From the NCBI GenBank assembly GCA_019058275.1, contig JAHLVW010000078.1, positions 1-45,490 on the forward strand: a DNA stretch of 45,490 bases, written 5' to 3'. A program made the translations under genes and the position numbers. The notes below the pieces were generated by a model. The model worked only from the letters and a program-made list of their open reading frames with translations, made no database searches and had not been told where the DNA came from. Positions 20,007-29,957 of this stretch are shown piece after piece. The DNA comes from Candidatus Heimdallarchaeota archaeon (GTDB taxonomy: Archaea > Asgardarchaeota > Heimdallarchaeia > JABLTI01). Positions within the stretch are counted from its first letter, which is position 1. Every line of letters begins with the position of its first letter.

Positions 20007-20450
20007 TTGAGTGAAGAACACAAATATCATGTTATAATCGAAATGCTTGAGGATAGAGTTGGAAACTATCTTTTAGATGATAAAGACAAACCAACAATCA
20101 AAATTGCTACTCCTCCTGAATTTCCTGGAGGAAAACCAGGCATTCATTCCCCTGAAGATCTATTTGTTGGTGCAGTTGCTGGATGTAAATTGACAACTTT
20201 TTGTGCTATGGCTGAAAAACTTGACATTGGTTTAAAGACATTAAAAATAGATGCTGTAGGTTATTTAGGTCAAGCTGAAACCCAAGGTATGATGTTTACA
20301 AAGGTTGATGTACATCTCGAGATAGGGATAGATGATGAGGAGAATATGAAATCAGCAGAAAAATGTGTAGACCTAACAAAGAAGTACTGCTTGATTACAA
20401 ATTCTATAAAAAGTGAATCGAATTTCACTTTTGAAATCACAGTAGTTTAG
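20007..20450 (+). CDS. OsmC/Ohr-family protein
   Basis: PPEFPGG...SPEDLFVGAVAGC and a second Cys in KYCLITNS. Confidence 0.9.
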   Translation: MSEEHKYHVIIEMLEDRVGNYLLDDKDKPTIKIATPPEFPGGKPGIHSPEDLFVGAVAGCKLTTFCAMAEKLDIGLKTLKIDAVGYLGQAETQGMMFTKVDVHLEIGIDDEENMKSAEKCVDLTKKYCLITNSIKSESNFTFEITVV

Positions 20451-20482
20451 TGATTATAAAAGAAAAGTGACTAAAGGAATGT

Positions 20483-21037
20483 TTAGATTTTTACATTCCT
20501 TCTCTTAATTTTAATACTTCTTAAAACGATAAATGTGGTAAATGTAAGTGCTACACATGGCCAACAAAAGTTTACTGGAGTTTCTTCTGTCGGAGTAGTT
20601 ATATTTATTGAGAAATAAAATTCTCTAGTAGTAGGTTCTTGTATATTATCGTAACCAAGAAAATCTGTTGAATCAGGAGCAACAAACTCACCTTTTGTAT
20701 GTTGTATTTTTAGCTCATAACCTATTACTCCTTCTTCTTCAAGCACCTCAAAAGATCCAGACCAAGTATTTTCACTTTTCTTTACCATTTGATAATTACC
20801 AATATGACAAGCAAATACTGGTTCTAGAGAACAATATTGAATTTGTATACTAGTAATATTTGTATCATCTGCAAAAGTCACTGTAACTGTTACGTTTGAC
20901 ATATGTGTGACACTTGTTGGTACATGTGAGACAGATAGAATTTCAGGATTTGTAGACATTACTTCTACAGGTTGTTTTGCTAGTAAGAAAACTAGTATTA
21001 ATAGAATAAATACTAAACCAAATTTTCTTCTTTGCAT
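20483..21037 (-). CDS. Secreted Ig-like protein with C-terminal membrane anchor
   Basis: Signal peptide, beta-rich core, TTPTEETP linker, then a TM segment and basic tail. Confidence 0.7.
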   Translation of the reverse strand: MQRRKFGLVFILLILVFLLAKQPVEVMSTNPEILSVSHVPTSVTHMSNVTVTVTFADDTNITSIQIQYCSLEPVFACHIGNYQMVKKSENTWSGSFEVLEEEGVIGYELKIQHTKGEFVAPDSTDFLGYDNIQEPTTREFYFSINITTPTEETPVNFCWPCVALTFTTFIVLRSIKIKRRNVKI

Positions 21038-21077
21038 TAGTATTTTTCACCTTGATTTTTTTCTATTGTTCGCATTA

Positions 21078-22478
21078 TTAAACTTTATAACGGTTCCAAA
21101 GGAACCACCCAATGAGGAATCCTCCTGCTAAAATGAGTAGTACCCCACTTAAGATTTTTACAAATTTTGTTGAAGATTGTAATTTGTCTATTAATGCATC
21201 TTTAGATAAACCAACTAGAATGGTTATAAAGATCATTAGTAATGCCATGGAGACTGAGTAAATAAGAAAAATAATAATGGCTTGAAAGAACGCACCAGCA
21301 CCTATGGCACCAACTACTAATGATAGTAGTATAGGTAAGTTACATCCTAACGAAGCAAGTGCATAGGTAATGCCATAAAGGAATAATTGCAGTAATCGTC
21401 GCATTTCATTTGGTTGTTTTTGAGCTTCATCTTCTTCTGAAACTACTATAGAGCTTTCATCTTCACCTTCGAGTTTCTTTTTCCTTCTCCTTCTTTTGGA
21501 TCCGAGATTTGATATAGCATTAACAGCTTTACTCATATCCAAAGTTAATGGTGTTAAAGATATTATACCAAAGATAATCAATAGAGCACCAACAGCAGGT
21601 GTGATGTATTCTACCCAATCACTAACAATTTCCCCTACAAATGCTGTGATTAGTCCAATAATCATATAGAAAAGTGCTACTCCAAATGCAGCTGCACTAC
21701 CCCAAAGAAATGACTTCCAGAGTCTCTTTCGTATCACTGATTTTTTATCTTTCTCTTCCTCATCTTTTTGAACTTCTTTGCTTTCTGTTCTAACCAACAA
21801 ATCCAAATTGTATGCCATGTAACCTGGTAATAATGGAAATGCGCATGGCGAGAAGAATGAAAGAATACCTGCTCCTATCGCAAGTACATATAATGAAACA
21901 TCTTTACCTGTATTGATTCTTCCTGCAGTACCTTCGATGGTTTTTTGAATAGTTTCTTGTAAATTATTTTCAGCTGACAAACCAACTTCAGCAAATGTAA
22001 TGTAACCTTCAGTATCAATTACTATAGTTTTAGGTATTGTGAGAACTGAGTATTTTCCAATTAAATCATCAGTATCAAATGCAAATTGCCAAGTAGCATT
22101 GTAACTTTCCTTAAATGCTTGAAGATTTGTTGCATTATCCGATGAGTCAACATCAACGGAGAGTATAATCAAACTATCATTGAATTCTTCAGAAATTGAA
22201 ACTAATTCAGGCATGAGTTCTTTACATGGTTGGCATGTTAAACTCATAAAATCTAGCAGCACAACCCTTCCACTATAATCCGAAAGAGTGAAATTACCAC
22301 CTGATAAAGTAGTGACTGTGAAGTCAGATGCTGGTTCTAAATTTCTTTTAGACAATAAATAGTAGCTACCATATCCTATACCTGCAACAGCAACTGCAAC
22401 TACCAGAACAATGCTTGTAATTTTGATCCACTTTTTATTTTTCAGACCTTTTGTTTCATTAGAGTCTTCCATTAGCAT
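21078..22478 (-). CDS. Redoxin (TlpA-like) fused to a CcdA/DsbD-family transmembrane domain
   Basis: VVLLDFMSLTCQPC thioredoxin fold, followed by GILSFFSPCAFPLLPGY and ASLGCNLP CcdA motifs. Confidence 0.9.
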   Translation of the reverse strand: MLMEDSNETKGLKNKKWIKITSIVLVVAVAVAGIGYGSYYLLSKRNLEPASDFTVTTLSGGNFTLSDYSGRVVLLDFMSLTCQPCKELMPELVSISEEFNDSLIILSVDVDSSDNATNLQAFKESYNATWQFAFDTDDLIGKYSVLTIPKTIVIDTEGYITFAEVGLSAENNLQETIQKTIEGTAGRINTGKDVSLYVLAIGAGILSFFSPCAFPLLPGYMAYNLDLLVRTESKEVQKDEEEKDKKSVIRKRLWKSFLWGSAAAFGVALFYMIIGLITAFVGEIVSDWVEYITPAVGALLIIFGIISLTPLTLDMSKAVNAISNLGSKRRRRKKKLEGEDESSIVVSEEDEAQKQPNEMRRLLQLFLYGITYALASLGCNLPILLSLVVGAIGAGAFFQAIIIFLIYSVSMALLMIFITILVGLSKDALIDKLQSSTKFVKILSGVLLILAGGFLIGWFLWNRYKV

Positions 22479-22535
22479 TCACACGTCCAGTGAGTCTTTC
22501 ATGTAAGCGTTTGGTAGTAAATTGAGATAAAGTAT

Positions 22536-22564
22536 AAACAATACACAACATATGTGTATTGTTT
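22536..22564. terminator. Perfect 12-bp inverted repeat (terminator or operator)
   Basis: AAACAATACACA-ACATA-TGTGTATTGTTT between the two redoxin genes. Confidence 0.55.
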
Positions 22565-22578
22565 CTTCATCATCCATA

Positions 22579-23868
22579 CTATTTATTTTGTTTACGAGTT
22601 TTGAATTTCCTTATTGGAATAATAACCAAATTTCCTAGAAATAGCATTGACAATATTACAGGTATTGTTAATCCAGCATTACCAGTTACCTTGTATACTA
22701 ATTCATCAGTTGCAGTATTTCCTGCGACATCTTTAGCTATAAGTTTCACTGAGACTTTTTGTTTTGCTTCATAGATTCTTTTTGGAAAAGCTGCACTATA
22801 GTTACCATCTGATTTTTCGATCATTTCCATACTTGTTATTAATTCATCATCAATCCAGATTTCTGCTACAACGGAATAAACTTTCAAATCATCGTCTGCA
22901 GAACCAGTAACTGTAATAACCGTTTTCTCATCAATTAATACATCTATTACTGATTCAATATTGACTATAGGATCTTCAGTATCATCGAGATCTGTAATTG
23001 TTAAAGCAATTTGATCCGAAACCGAATTGTCAGAGAAATCTTTAATGGTTACATCAAGTGTTGCACTTGTAATAGCATCCTGGGTAGCATCCCAGATAGC
23101 TCTAGGATCAATCTCTATTTTTTCAGAAATTACTCCATTTTCCAAAGACCATACATTTGCTGATTGTTCGTAACTACCCATTGTTATAGTAAATGTTGCT
23201 TCTCGTAAGTAATCATCTACAATATTGGCTGAAACTGTTATAGTAGAGTCTACAACAGATATGGCATTCAGATCAGAACTAATACTATCTAGTGTTGGAT
23301 TTGTACTATCGCTCATGGCTAATATTTCATCTATAATATCAAACAATCCTTGAGAAGATTCAACTCCAACTTCAGTATAGTAAATATATTGTTCTGGTGT
23401 AAAAATAACTAAAGTAGGAATAAACAAAATTTCATAATAATTACCAAGACCCACAGTATCCCGGAATATTTTCCAGTTCATATTGTAGGTTGCAGCAAAA
23501 TTCTCGAGAGCACTTTCACTTGCTTCTTCTTCACTTTCAAGATCAATACTCATAACTACTAATTCACTACTTGAAAAATGATCATTTACTTCTCTAAGTA
23601 AAGGCCTTGCTTTTTGGCAAGGGACACACCAAGTTGTGAAGAAATCCATCAAAACGACTTTACCTACAAAATCAGAAAAGGACATATTGGTATCACTCAT
23701 TATATCCTCAAGATTCCAATCCATAGCTACTTTGCCAACATCAAGTTGAGCTGAAAGGTCATTTGGTAATGGTGAATCATAAACACTATTTACATTAACA
23801 TTTGACCAAATTAGAGGTGCTAATAGCAAAATAACCAAGATATTGAATCCAAGTCTTCTTTTTTTCAT
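22579..23868 (-). CDS. Surface-anchored TlpA-like redoxin with Ig-like domains
   Basis: Signal peptide, GKVVLMDFFTTWCVPC, AKDVAGN Ig-like motif, and a C-terminal TM segment with basic tail. Confidence 0.85.
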   Translation of the reverse strand: MKKRRLGFNILVILLLAPLIWSNVNVNSVYDSPLPNDLSAQLDVGKVAMDWNLEDIMSDTNMSFSDFVGKVVLMDFFTTWCVPCQKARPLLREVNDHFSSSELVVMSIDLESEEEASESALENFAATYNMNWKIFRDTVGLGNYYEILFIPTLVIFTPEQYIYYTEVGVESSQGLFDIIDEILAMSDSTNPTLDSISSDLNAISVVDSTITVSANIVDDYLREATFTITMGSYEQSANVWSLENGVISEKIEIDPRAIWDATQDAITSATLDVTIKDFSDNSVSDQIALTITDLDDTEDPIVNIESVIDVLIDEKTVITVTGSADDDLKVYSVVAEIWIDDELITSMEMIEKSDGNYSAAFPKRIYEAKQKVSVKLIAKDVAGNTATDELVYKVTGNAGLTIPVILSMLFLGNLVIIPIRKFKTRKQNK

Positions 23869-23963
23869 AATACCTCACATCATAGCAAAATGAAACATTA
23901 TATTTTCACTAATTTCCATCTTAAAAAATTCTGCGCTTAAAAATGTAAGCCGTATATTGTTTC

Positions 23964-25310
23964 TTATTTTTCTTCTATACTTTCAGATTCAGTTTCCTCT
24001 TTTTTCTTCTTAAGTTTAAGAGTTGTATCAACAATTGGAAAAACGAAAGCAACAGCACCTATTACAGCAAAAGAAAGACCAAATGAGAATTCTAGTGTTC
24101 GTTTAATATGAAGAGTACTTACAGTTTGTGTTTCAATATTAAAATCAACTGAAGAATCCCAATCGAAAAGTGTTATAACAGCATAAATTGTCATTTTCTC
24201 ATCAAGTGTATAGGTAATACCTTCGGTTGTATTTTGGGTAATAAAGTAATAATCAAGCGAATTTATCATTATGAAAGTCTCAACAATGACTTTGTAGTTT
24301 GACACCAACCAATTATAATCATAAATCGTTTTATTATTATACTGCTCAAATAAATCTGATAAAGATTCATCTACATTTGTAAATTGCTCCTCTGTTGCTA
24401 GGACAGCTGCAATTTCACAAGCAGAATTATTTCCAGCAAAAATTGCATTGAAATTTAAAGCATCATTCTTGTCAAGCTCATATTTTTGATAGAAACCAAA
24501 ATTAGCAGTTTCTTCGGAAAAACTCAAATCTCTTGTGTATACTCGATCTTCTATTCTGTTAAGACCAAAACCTGGACCAAGAGTTAGTCCTAGCGTAAGT
24601 AAAATTATGCCACTAGCAAGTAAAGGATTCTTGAATTTTTTTAGGGTTTTAAAGAAGTTTTGTGGTTTATCATACCTTCTTACAAGTTGTATTAAGGACA
24701 TTACTGGGAAAACAATAAACCATCCTAAAACTACTAGTAAATGAATTGGAAAATCTCTGATGAATAATTCCACAAATTCAGCACCAAAATAATCAATTCT
24801 TTGTTGTGGAGTCAAGTTGAATAGTGAATGCTCTATACCTTCATTAAATGATAAGCTAGTCCAATTAAATTTCAGCTCTTTAAAGATGAAAATTGAATCA
24901 AGATCCCAAACCATCGAAACATTCCATTCATATAACCTGTTGTCAAAAGGATAGAATAACAGCACAGGTCCAGGATTTAAATCTAAGAAACTGTGTAAAA
25001 TCAAAAAAACACTTGCGATTATTATGCTACGACAAATTAGATCTGCTCTAACACCTACAGTTTCTTTCTTTATTAGCTTCTTAAAACTCAACCAACCAAG
25101 AACACCAAGTATTATTGCAATAGGCCAAATAATTGAATGTAAATATGTTCTATGAATATAGAATATATAATCCAAATCAGGGAAGAATGCAAATAAGGTT
25201 AACAACGTAAATAGCCATAATTTTTCTCTGAATATCTTACGATTCTTCTTTCCCATCATAACCCAAACAAAAATGGATTCTAAACCAATATGAGTTGTCG
25301 TAAGCGTCAT
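23964..25310 (-). CDS. YdjM-like metal-dependent membrane hydrolase with C-terminal extension
   Basis: Motifs TTH, FFPDLD, HRTYLHS, LHSFLD and LLFYPF. Confidence 0.8.
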   Translation of the reverse strand: MTLTTTHIGLESIFVWVMMGKKNRKIFREKLWLFTLLTLFAFFPDLDYIFYIHRTYLHSIIWPIAIILGVLGWLSFKKLIKKETVGVRADLICRSIIIASVFLILHSFLDLNPGPVLLFYPFDNRLYEWNVSMVWDLDSIFIFKELKFNWTSLSFNEGIEHSLFNLTPQQRIDYFGAEFVELFIRDFPIHLLVVLGWFIVFPVMSLIQLVRRYDKPQNFFKTLKKFKNPLLASGIILLTLGLTLGPGFGLNRIEDRVYTRDLSFSEETANFGFYQKYELDKNDALNFNAIFAGNNSACEIAAVLATEEQFTNVDESLSDLFEQYNNKTIYDYNWLVSNYKVIVETFIMINSLDYYFITQNTTEGITYTLDEKMTIYAVITLFDWDSSVDFNIETQTVSTLHIKRTLEFSFGLSFAVIGAVAFVFPIVDTTLKLKKKKEETESESIEEK

Positions 25311-25440
25311 TTCATAACAAACATCCTATACTAAAGTAAATAGACAATTAGCTTTTTTATCTTTCAGTCGTTTCATAAAAATAATACACTATTTTAAAAA
25401 GAAATGTTGTTATAAAAAAGTAGAACTAACATTCAGATGG

Positions 25441-26163
25441 ATGCAAATGAATTTTGAAGCAGTAATCTTTGACGCTGATGAAACTATATTCAATAATCAA
25501 GGAATACATATAATTGTAACAGGAAAGGTCTTAGCTAACTTGGGATTGTCAAAGGACTTAGTAGAAGAAGTGCATTCAAAATGGGATGAATACTACTTTT
25601 CAGAACAAAGTAGAGTTGTAGACGAGGATGGATTTTGCATAGATAGAGAAAATGCTGCTCGTTCACTAGTTTTAGCATTAAAGGAATTTGACATAGAGAT
25701 AACTCAAGAAAAAGCAGGAAAATATTGGGAGTATATGATAGAGGAATATGAGCATAGATCAAAACCATATCCTGATGCCTTGAGTTTGATAGAATATTTG
25801 CCTGAAAAAGGGATAAAGATGGCAATAGTATCAAATGGTGATACTGATATTATTGTGAAACGCTTAGAGAATGCTAAAATAAAACATCACTTTGAATTTG
25901 TAATTGCTCCTTGTAATGAATATCCATTAACCAAACCAGATGTGAAAATTTTCCAAGAATCGCTTTCTAAATTACAGATTAGTGCTGAAAAAACTGTTTT
26001 CGTTGGAGACAATCCTCATTCTGATGTTATGGGTGCAAATCGTGCTGGAATGTTCTCAGTTCTTATTGATCGATATGCTGTTTTTGATGAGCTAGATGGA
26101 TTAATGGTTCCGGATTTGAAAATTAGCTCATTTGAAGAAATGAAGTATATTTTTGAAAAGTAA
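25441..26163 (+). CDS. HAD-superfamily hydrolase
   Basis: Motifs FDADETI, IVSNG, KPD and FVGDNPHSDVMGA. Confidence 0.93.
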   Translation: MQMNFEAVIFDADETIFNNQGIHIIVTGKVLANLGLSKDLVEEVHSKWDEYYFSEQSRVVDEDGFCIDRENAARSLVLALKEFDIEITQEKAGKYWEYMIEEYEHRSKPYPDALSLIEYLPEKGIKMAIVSNGDTDIIVKRLENAKIKHHFEFVIAPCNEYPLTKPDVKIFQESLSKLQISAEKTVFVGDNPHSDVMGANRAGMFSVLIDRYAVFDELDGLMVPDLKISSFEEMKYIFEK

Positions 26164-26213
26164 ATTCACATTAAAGTTTTTAATCCTAAATGCAGAATTG
26201 ATTTAGGAGTGTT

Positions 26214-27062
26214 ACGACAATAAAAGGAGTAATTTTCTATTTTAGTGGTACAGGGAATACTTGGTGGGTAGCAAATAAGTTAGAAGAGCAATTGAATCAG
26301 AGGAACATCGAAATAAAGAAGTATTCCATTGAATCAACTGAAATAGCAAAACCTGAAATTCATAATGAGCTGATTAGAAACGTAGACATTGTCGGTTTCG
26401 GTTATCCTATCTACGGATCAGATATCCCAAAGAATTTTATGGATTTTATAGATAATCTTCAGAAAGTGGATAAAAAACAAGCATTTGTATTCACAACAAT
26501 GTTGTTGTTTAGTGGTGATGGAGCAGTCGTTGCCAAAAGACGATTAAGAAAACGAGGATTCAAAGTAAAACAGGCTATCAATATTAGAATGCCAAACAAT
26601 GTAAAATTACCATATCCAATTTTCAAATCATTAGCTATTCGCAATGCTGAGGAAAATGATAAGGTAAAACAAAAAGCATTTGTAAAACTGTCAAAATTAG
26701 CAGATCGTATTGCTTCGGGGAAAAACTGGGTTCAAGGTTGGGATCCTTTAAACATCGCTGGTGGATTAATGCAAAGAGTGGAAATGAGACTTTTTGATTT
26801 ATCCATTTATGCTCGAAATTATTTTGTGGACGATGAAACATGTACCCAGTGCATGCAATGCGTTGAATACTGCCCATCAAATAATATTGAATTTAAAGAT
26901 GAGAAATTCAGCTGGAAGGATAAATGTATCCTTTGTTTAAGGTGCTACAACTTATGTCCTGAAGATGCCATCCAGTATAAGGAAGCTACGTTAAATAGAG
27001 ACAAATACACTAGATATAAAGGTCCAACGGATGGTTTTACATTAAACAAATTAAAAGAATGA
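26214..27062 (+). CDS. EFR1-family flavodoxin/4Fe-4S ferredoxin fusion
   Basis: The flavodoxin motif IFYFSGTGNT lies in frame upstream of the ORF-track start. C-terminal CTQCMQCVEYCP and CILCLRCYNLCP. The first codon after the RBS is ACG. Confidence 0.88.
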   Translation, partial: TTIKGVIFYFSGTGNTWWVANKLEEQLNQRNIEIKKYSIESTEIAKPEIHNELIRNVDIVGFGYPIYGSDIPKNFMDFIDNLQKVDKKQAFVFTTMLLFSGDGAVVAKRRLRKRGFKVKQAINIRMPNNVKLPYPIFKSLAIRNAEENDKVKQKAFVKLSKLADRIASGKNWVQGWDPLNIAGGLMQRVEMRLFDLSIYARNYFVDDETCTQCMQCVEYCPSNNIEFKDEKFSWKDKCILCLRCYNLCPEDAIQYKEATLNRDKYTRYKGPTDGFTLNKLKE

Positions 27063-27119
27063 GCAAATTGTTTTCAAAGAAACCACTTGAAGGGATAATA
27101 TTTTCTTGAATCTAGATCG

Positions 27120-27572
27120 GTGATTATAATGAAGCAAATTAAAGAAGAAATCGAAGAAATTGTGAATCGTGAAACAAGAGCTTGGGACACTCAAGATGCA
27201 GAATTATTGTTAACAATTTTTCATCCAGATATGGTTTGGCCTTGGCCAAGAACACCAGATTCTCATGATCCAATGGATTGGGTTATACCATGGGGAAAAT
27301 ACAATTATGACCGATGGAGAAAGGGATGGCAGGAATTATTCGATACACACAAACTAGTACATAATAGGCGAGAAATTAAAAAGATAAAGCTATCAAAAGA
27401 AGAGGATGGAGCTTTTGCAGTTGTGGATATAGATACTTTGTGGGTAGATAATTCCGGTAAAGAGAATCACTGGAAAGGACGCGTTTGTAAAGTATACGCA
27501 AAATGTGGCAATGAATGGAAGATGACCATGCACACAGGTGTTTTGAATTATTCAATAATTGATGAGATCTGA
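27120..27572 (+). CDS. NTF2-like/SnoaL-like protein
   Basis: ETRAWDTQD...FHPDMVWPWP...AVVDIDTLW...WKMTMHTG. Confidence 0.8.
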   Translation: MIIMKQIKEEIEEIVNRETRAWDTQDAELLLTIFHPDMVWPWPRTPDSHDPMDWVIPWGKYNYDRWRKGWQELFDTHKLVHNRREIKKIKLSKEEDGAFAVVDIDTLWVDNSGKENHWKGRVCKVYAKCGNEWKMTMHTGVLNYSIIDEI

Positions 27573-27664
27573 ATTTTGGCATACATCTTTCCAAAAAACT
27601 GTGTTGAAAATATATAACTGATAAGCTAGTTTAATCCTTTCATTCAATTTTCTTTGAGTTCTTT

Positions 27665-27928
27665 TTGTTTATCTTCACAATACAAACACTTTTAAGGAAT
27701 TTTCACAATTCGCCGTTTAGTCTCTTCGGAGGGAAATGTGAAATTACAAAACTATGTCCAAATTGTCTTAATTCATTAGATTTAAGTGATATTTGTAATA
27801 ATTGTAAAAAACCACATCCAAGAAGTGATGTTGTTTACTACTGTCCAATATGCAGGAAAGCATCATGTTGGCAACAATTACTAGAAGAAAATTCTCACCA
27901 AAATATTCAAGCTAAACCCTATATTTGA
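27665..27928 (+). CDS. Small Cys-rich zinc-ribbon ORF, possibly a remnant
   Basis: CPNC, CNNC and CPIC motifs; start uncertain. Confidence 0.4.
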   Translation: MFIFTIQTLLRNFHNSPFSLFGGKCEITKLCPNCLNSLDLSDICNNCKKPHPRSDVVYYCPICRKASCWQQLLEENSHQNIQAKPYI

Positions 27929-28057
27929 TTAATTGAAGAATATAATGGGATGGAAAAATAATCTCACAATAACTTTTTAGATGAGACAAATATTGGAACA
28001 ACCAAAACATGACCTCATAAAAATATAGGTCTTAGTTTACAATGATGAGGGAAGTTT

Positions 28058-28246
28058 ATGAAACTACAATCAATAATAACATGTCCTGAATGTGGATTTG
28101 AAAAAGAAGAAACAATGCCCACAAATTATTGTCAATTGAAGTACAAATGTACAAAATGTGGTTATATAATGAAACCAAAAAATAGTGACTGTTGTATATA
28201 TTGCTCCTATGGTACAGAAAAATGTCCTCCTCTTCAGGTAAAATGA
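28058..28246 (+). CDS. GDCCVxC-domain small Cys-rich protein
   Basis: ITCPECG...MPTNYC...C..CG...KPK.SDCCIYCSYG..KCPP. Confidence 0.88.
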   Translation: MKLQSIITCPECGFEKEETMPTNYCQLKYKCTKCGYIMKPKNSDCCIYCSYGTEKCPPLQVK

Positions 28247-28335
28247 AAAGCTAATTCTAACTCAAATAGATGACATATTAACTAAAATGGATATTTTTAA
28301 AAACTAACAGAAAGGAATTGTTACTACAATAAACA

Positions 28336-28371
28336 GGGTGTGTGGTAAAGCCTGGATAGGCTCTTTTAGTT
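28336..28371 (+). repeat. tRNA-Arg 5'-half fragment (positions ~1-25) plus shared tail, copy A
   Basis: GGGTGTG-TG-GTAAAGCCTGGATAGGC-TCTTTTAGTT; 31/36 identical to 29886-29921. GGGTGTG pairs with the CACACCC of the 3' fragments. Confidence 0.8.
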
Positions 28372-28502
28372 TTTAGCATTCGTTTATCGTTCTGTCTTTT
28401 TCTTCTTTTTTCCGCTCTTCTTGTTCCTTCTTTTCTTTAACCGTTGTTTCTCCTGCTTAAGAAGTATTATTTTTTAGCTCTTTTGGGTGTGTTTTTCCGG
28501 TT

Positions 28503-28536
28503 CTCTTCTTAATCCTTTTTCGCGTCTTAAGAAGAG
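28503..28536. terminator. 10-bp hairpin downstream of the LVIVD gene
   Basis: CTCTTCTTAA-N14-TTAAGAAGAG. Confidence 0.5.
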
Positions 28537-28542
28537 TTTTTT

Positions 28543-29769
28543 TCAACTCTTTTTCTTTTTCCTCACAATTAGTATAGAACCCACAATTACAATCGGCAAT
28601 CCAATACCAATTACCAATCCAAAATTCCGTCCTAAAGAGTTCTCAACGTACGAGTAGATTCTGATACTACTGGGAAAGGTTAAGTACATGTAATTATTTG
28701 CTACTGTTATTTGACTAAGATTTTGGTCTCCGACCTTTAACCGTGCCATCCTTTTCAGTTTTTGTGGTTTGCTGATGTCGAAAACATAGAGTTCATTTCC
28801 ACCAGCGAATACTCTGTCTCCTACAATCTCCATATCCTGAATATTCCCTTCAATATAGAGTTGCCAGTTTGGAAAGCTGTAATCCCCACAGATAGTTGGT
28901 TGAGTAGGATCTGTGCAGTCATAGACTTGTATCCCAGCGTCCCGAAAAGCACTTATGACGTAGTTCCCGTACACTCCACTCCTAACTGAAAACCCTTTCG
29001 TACTCTCTACTGCTCCCAGAAACACAGGATTCACAGGATCAGCTAAACTATAGATTGTTACGCCATTAGACACCAGGTACAAGTAATCATTCTCGACATG
29101 TACATCTCCCAGATCATTCTCGACATGTACATCTCCCAGAGATGACGGATAACTCCCCACTCTCACAGGTAACGTCCGATTACTGCAATCGAAGATTAGT
29201 AATTCCCAAGAGCTCACATATGTATAATTTTTGTATATACCTATTCGATCTGTTCTGTTCACTCTATAATATCTTATGCTTTCCGGAGTTGAACTTCCTA
29301 TTCGAACTGGATTTGTTGGGTCAGTAATGTCAAGAAGTGCTACTGAACCCCACTGACCAATAATGTACCATAACTCTGTCAGCATGTACGCTATGTTCTC
29401 CCTGATTTTGAAATCTAACAGATATTCATAAACCCCTAATTCATAACTTCCAACAACAACAGGATTCTCTGGTTGGTGTACATCAATTATCTGTATTATG
29501 TTCGAATAGCCCTCTCCTTCCGTGTAATTTATCAAACTGACATAAAGTAAATCGTCCTGGATACATAAAACTGTGCCAGGCTCACCTTCGTTTATTAAAA
29601 TAGAATTTACTTCGTCAACGATGAAAAATCCATCACCCATAATAGTGGCATTATACATTAAAACGAAAAGAAAGAGAGAAGAAATAAATAGCAACTTAAG
29701 CAGTGTGCTGATTGAATCCCTTCTTCCTTTGCATCTTTTTTCATTTCTTTTCAAAACTCCCATCACCAC
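28543..29769 (-). CDS. LVIVD-repeat membrane-anchored protein (cassette cargo)
   Basis: Repeated units IQIIDVHQPENP, ALLDITDPTNP, VTIYSLADPVNP and IQVYDCTDPTQP; N- and C-terminal TM segments. Confidence 0.88.
   Translation of the reverse strand: MVMGVLKRNEKRCKGRRDSISTLLKLLFISSLFLFVLMYNATIMGDGFFIVDEVNSILINEGEPGTVLCIQDDLLYVSLINYTEGEGYSNIIQIIDVHQPENPVVVGSYELGVYEYLLDFKIRENIAYMLTELWYIIGQWGSVALLDITDPTNPVRIGSSTPESIRYYRVNRTDRIGIYKNYTYVSSWELLIFDCSNRTLPVRVGSYPSSLGDVHVENDLGDVHVENDYLYLVSNGVTIYSLADPVNPVFLGAVESTKGFSVRSGVYGNYVISAFRDAGIQVYDCTDPTQPTICGDYSFPNWQLYIEGNIQDMEIVGDRVFAGGNELYVFDISKPQKLKRMARLKVGDQNLSQITVANNYMYLTFPSSIRIYSYVENSLGRNFGLVIGIGLPIVIVGSILIVRKKKKS
29086..29139. repeat. Perfect 27-bp in-frame tandem duplication
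   Basis: ATCATTCTCGACATGTACATCTCCCAG x2, encoding LGDVHVEND twice. Confidence 0.95.
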
Positions 29770-29885
29770 AAGTAACCTAATAATATAATATATGACCTTT
29801 ATCTTATTCTATTTTTCCATTTTATTTTTTAACTAAAACCTATAGTTTTATAAATTCTTTACTTGGAATTAAAAATCAGACCTTT

Positions 29886-29921
29886 GGGTGTGTAGTAAAG
29901 TCCGGACATGCTCTTTTAGTT
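29886..29921 (+). repeat. tRNA-Arg 5'-half fragment plus shared tail, copy B
   Basis: GGGTGTG-TA-GTAAAGTCCGGACATGC-TCTTTTAGTT; compare the intact tRNA-Arg 5' end GGGTACG-TA-GTATAGCTTGGATAATGC. Confidence 0.8.
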
Positions 29922-29957
29922 ATTCTTATCCTTTTCTCTTCTCTTTTCCTTCAAACC

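Noticed and set aside
28058-28246. Selenoprotein (the GDCCVxC family includes Sec members)
   Set aside because: All positions are Cys codons, and the only in-frame TGA is the terminal stop after the complete domain.
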